A stretch of DNA of 64,000 nucleotides from Azolla caroliniana (taxonomy: Eukaryota > Plantae > Polypodiophyta): the NCBI GenBank assembly GCA_043228905.1, contig JBHGNT010000008.1, positions 2,356,001 to 2,420,000 of the forward strand. The letters are read 5' to 3'. Both the position numbers and the translations under genes were made by a program. Each line of letters begins with the position of its first letter. Position 1 is the first letter of the stretch. A model generated the notes under the pieces. It did not search any database. It was not told the DNA's origin and was given only the letters and a program-made list of their open reading frames with translations. Below are positions 61,722-64,000 of this stretch, in pieces.

Positions 61722-64000
61722 TGAATCAGATGCCTAAGAGGGCAATTGGATGAGGTTTGTGGCCATTGCGTGTTTGTGCTTTTGGCAGAAATGGCGAAAC
61801 ACACCAATGATTACGCAACGAGGAAACGGCCCGAGGTAGAACAACTAGCCCCCACACTGGTTGTTTGCTACTCACCTCCCACCCTCCCTTCGTTGTAGGC
61901 CACAAGATCCAGCTTGTACTGGCCGGTGATGAAGAGCACTAGTTTATAGCTATAGGTACCTACTATTATAGATCTAAGTACTAAAGTAAGCTTAAGATAA
62001 GGATAAAGAAATGAAAGATAGAAAGGAGAAAGAGAAAGAAGGGTGCCGATCCACCCGACCACCCCCGAGCGAAGGGATCGAGACGGACTCGAGCCTCGAT
62101 CGGCGTCCCATACCACCGCCGTGGCGTCGAGTCGTACCTGGTGCTGGCGCGCTCGCTACAAGAGTTGACCCACCACACGAGCAGAGTCTCGATGTAGTCC
62201 AAAGATGATCAAATGAGGGTAGCTAGGCCTCTTATTTATAGCGATACCCAAGGCCCCCAGGCAAGTTCACACTTGACCTAATGGGTTGTCTCAATCCCGA
62301 GGATTAAAAGTAATCCTCCCCTTCTTTACACTCTCGTTTAACCCTCACACTTATCCACGTGTATAGAATACTACGGTAAATTCTTACCACGGGATATTAT
62401 ATGGTCATGCCCGTAACATACTCCCCCTCTTTAAAACATTGCACTCTTGCAATGGAAAGTTAGGGAAGTTAGTTCTAAGAGTATTTTCGCGTTCCCATGT
62501 GGCATCTTTTATTGATTTATCCATCCATTTTATTTTAAATTCTCGGATTTCTTTAGTACGTAATTTTTTTGTTTTAACATCGAGAATTCTTTCTGGTACA
62601 TGTGGTTTAGAAGATAATTCTTTAGAAGTAACCAGAGTTTCAGTCGTAACTGTATTGTCGCCAGAACCTAGAAGTTCTTTTAGACGACTCACATGAAAGA
62701 CTGGATGAATTCCGACACCATCGGGAAGAGCGAGACGATAGGCTGATGACCCAATGCGTTTGAGGACTGTAAAAGGTCCACAAAACCGTGGGGCTAACTT
62801 AGCGCACTTACCCGTAGACAATGTCTTAGAATTGTGAGGTACACGTAAAAATACCTTCTGTCCAGGGTTGAATACACGAGGTTGCCTATGATGATCGGCA
62901 TAAAAACGTGCTCTATCTTGAGCTGTTTTTATATTATCTCGTGCAATATGCAACATATCTTGCATATCCCGAAGAAAGTTTTGCGTACTTCGCAACTCAT
63001 CATGATGTATATTAACATCAATCGGGGCTCGTGGCTGAAAACCATACATCAACATAAAAGGACTATATCCCGTAGACGTATGCTTGGAGCTGTTATAAGC
63101 AAACTCCAAAATTGGGAGATAACGTTCCCATTTTGTTGGTTTTGCACCAACGTATGCTCGAAGCATGTCCTCAATAATTTGATTTACTCGTTCTGTCTGT
63201 CCATCGGATTGAGGATGATCCATGGAGCTCATGCTCAACGTAGTTTCTAACCTCTTAAAGACTTGTGTCCAGAAGTCACTAGTAAACTTTGGATCTCGAT
63301 CACTCACGATATCCATCGGTAACCCATAAAAACGAAACAATTCGTCAATGAATTGGTAAGCCAATTCAGGAGCTGTTACCGTGGTTTTAGTAGCAATAAA
63401 TCTGGCCATTTTAGTTAGTCGATCAACAACAACCCAGATGGCATCATGACCTTTTTGGGTGCGAGGAAGGCTAACAATAAAATCCATGGATATACTTTCC
63501 CACTTATTATTGGGAATGTCCAAGGGATGTAAAAGTCCTGCGGCTTTAAGTCGCTCGGCTTTGTTAACCTGACACTGGTGACATTTAGTCACATAGCTAT
63601 GTATGTCAGGACGCATCTTAGGCCAATAAAATTGAGTGGAGATAAGAACGAGTGTACGATGTATTCCAGGGTGCCCTGCTGAGGGTGCATCATGGCATTC
63701 AAAAAGAATCCTCTTTTTGACCTCGGGTAAATCTGGAACACAAACCTTCCCATTACAGTAGACAAATCGTTAGCAATGTGGAAGTATTCCTTCGAGGATG
63801 TGGTGGTGTCTGTTCCAGACTCAACTCTTGCCCAGTATTTTGTGAAATAACTGTCATCAGGATACTTTCCTCGAAGGTGATCATAAAGATCTGATGATAT
63901 TGCAGTGAAGCTAAGCATGTTAACTTCACGGATGAGACTTAGTGCATCAGCGACAATGTTCATGGAACCTTTACGATATCGTATGGAAAAATCAAAGTCC
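61722..64000 (-). mobile_element. Chromovirus N, 3' part (3' LTR ~61722-62418)
   Basis: PPT AAGAGGGGGAG(TA) then TGTTACGGG; RNase H end NIVADALS; integrase. Confidence 0.88.
62405..63616 (-). CDS. pol: Element N integrase with C-terminal chromodomain (open segment of a frameshifted pol)
   Basis: CHQC, WESISMDF, SDRDPKF, DGQTER, GPF, HPVFHVS, PERILD...IKW...DATWE. Confidence 0.9.
   Translation of the reverse strand: MRPDIHSYVTKCHQCQVNKAERLKAAGLLHPLDIPNNKWESISMDFIVSLPRTQKGHDAIWVVVDRLTKMARFIATKTTVTAPELAYQFIDELFRFYGLPMDIVSDRDPKFTSDFWTQVFKRLETTLSMSSMDHPQSDGQTERVNQIIEDMLRAYVGAKPTKWERYLPILEFAYNSSKHTSTGYSPFMLMYGFQPRAPIDVNIHHDELRSTQNFLRDMQDMLHIARDNIKTAQDRARFYADHHRQPRVFNPGQKVFLRVPHNSKTLSTGKCAKLAPRFCGPFTVLKRIGSSAYRLALPDGVGIHPVFHVSRLKELLGSGDNTVTTETLVTSKELSSKPHVPERILDVKTKKLRTKEIREFKIKWMDKSIKDATWERENTLRTNFPNFPLQECNVLKRGSMLRA

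Overview
Eukaryotic, repeat-saturated plant nuclear DNA. A non-seed plant such as a moss is suggested by Phygy-like and Tcn1-like Gypsy elements and a PLS-type PPR remnant, but this is inference. No intact host gene is present. About 85% of the window is a stack of nested LTR retrotransposons that can be ordered from their target-site duplications (TSDs). These are Tnt1/Tork-like Copia, a second Copia lineage, tRNA-Trp-primed non-chromoviral Gypsy with 4-bp TSDs, and chromoviruses. There are also solo LTRs, two MITEs, a LINE remnant and a PPR pseudogene. The most unusual object is a 6.2-kb DNA transposon (28037-34284) with an 8-bp TSD and bipartite terminal repeats. It carries a captured RACK1 fragment directly upstream of a decayed, probably KDZ/Zisupton-like transposase. 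Other notable signals are antisense tRNA-like A/B-box cassettes and heat-shock-element arrays in several LTRs, and a conserved GGAUUUU-UAG -1 frameshift site after the protease. Also seen are CpG-centred 4-bp target sites, Gag-only elements, a self-priming PBS and an internally inverted Copia copy. All calls were made by eye without database searches.
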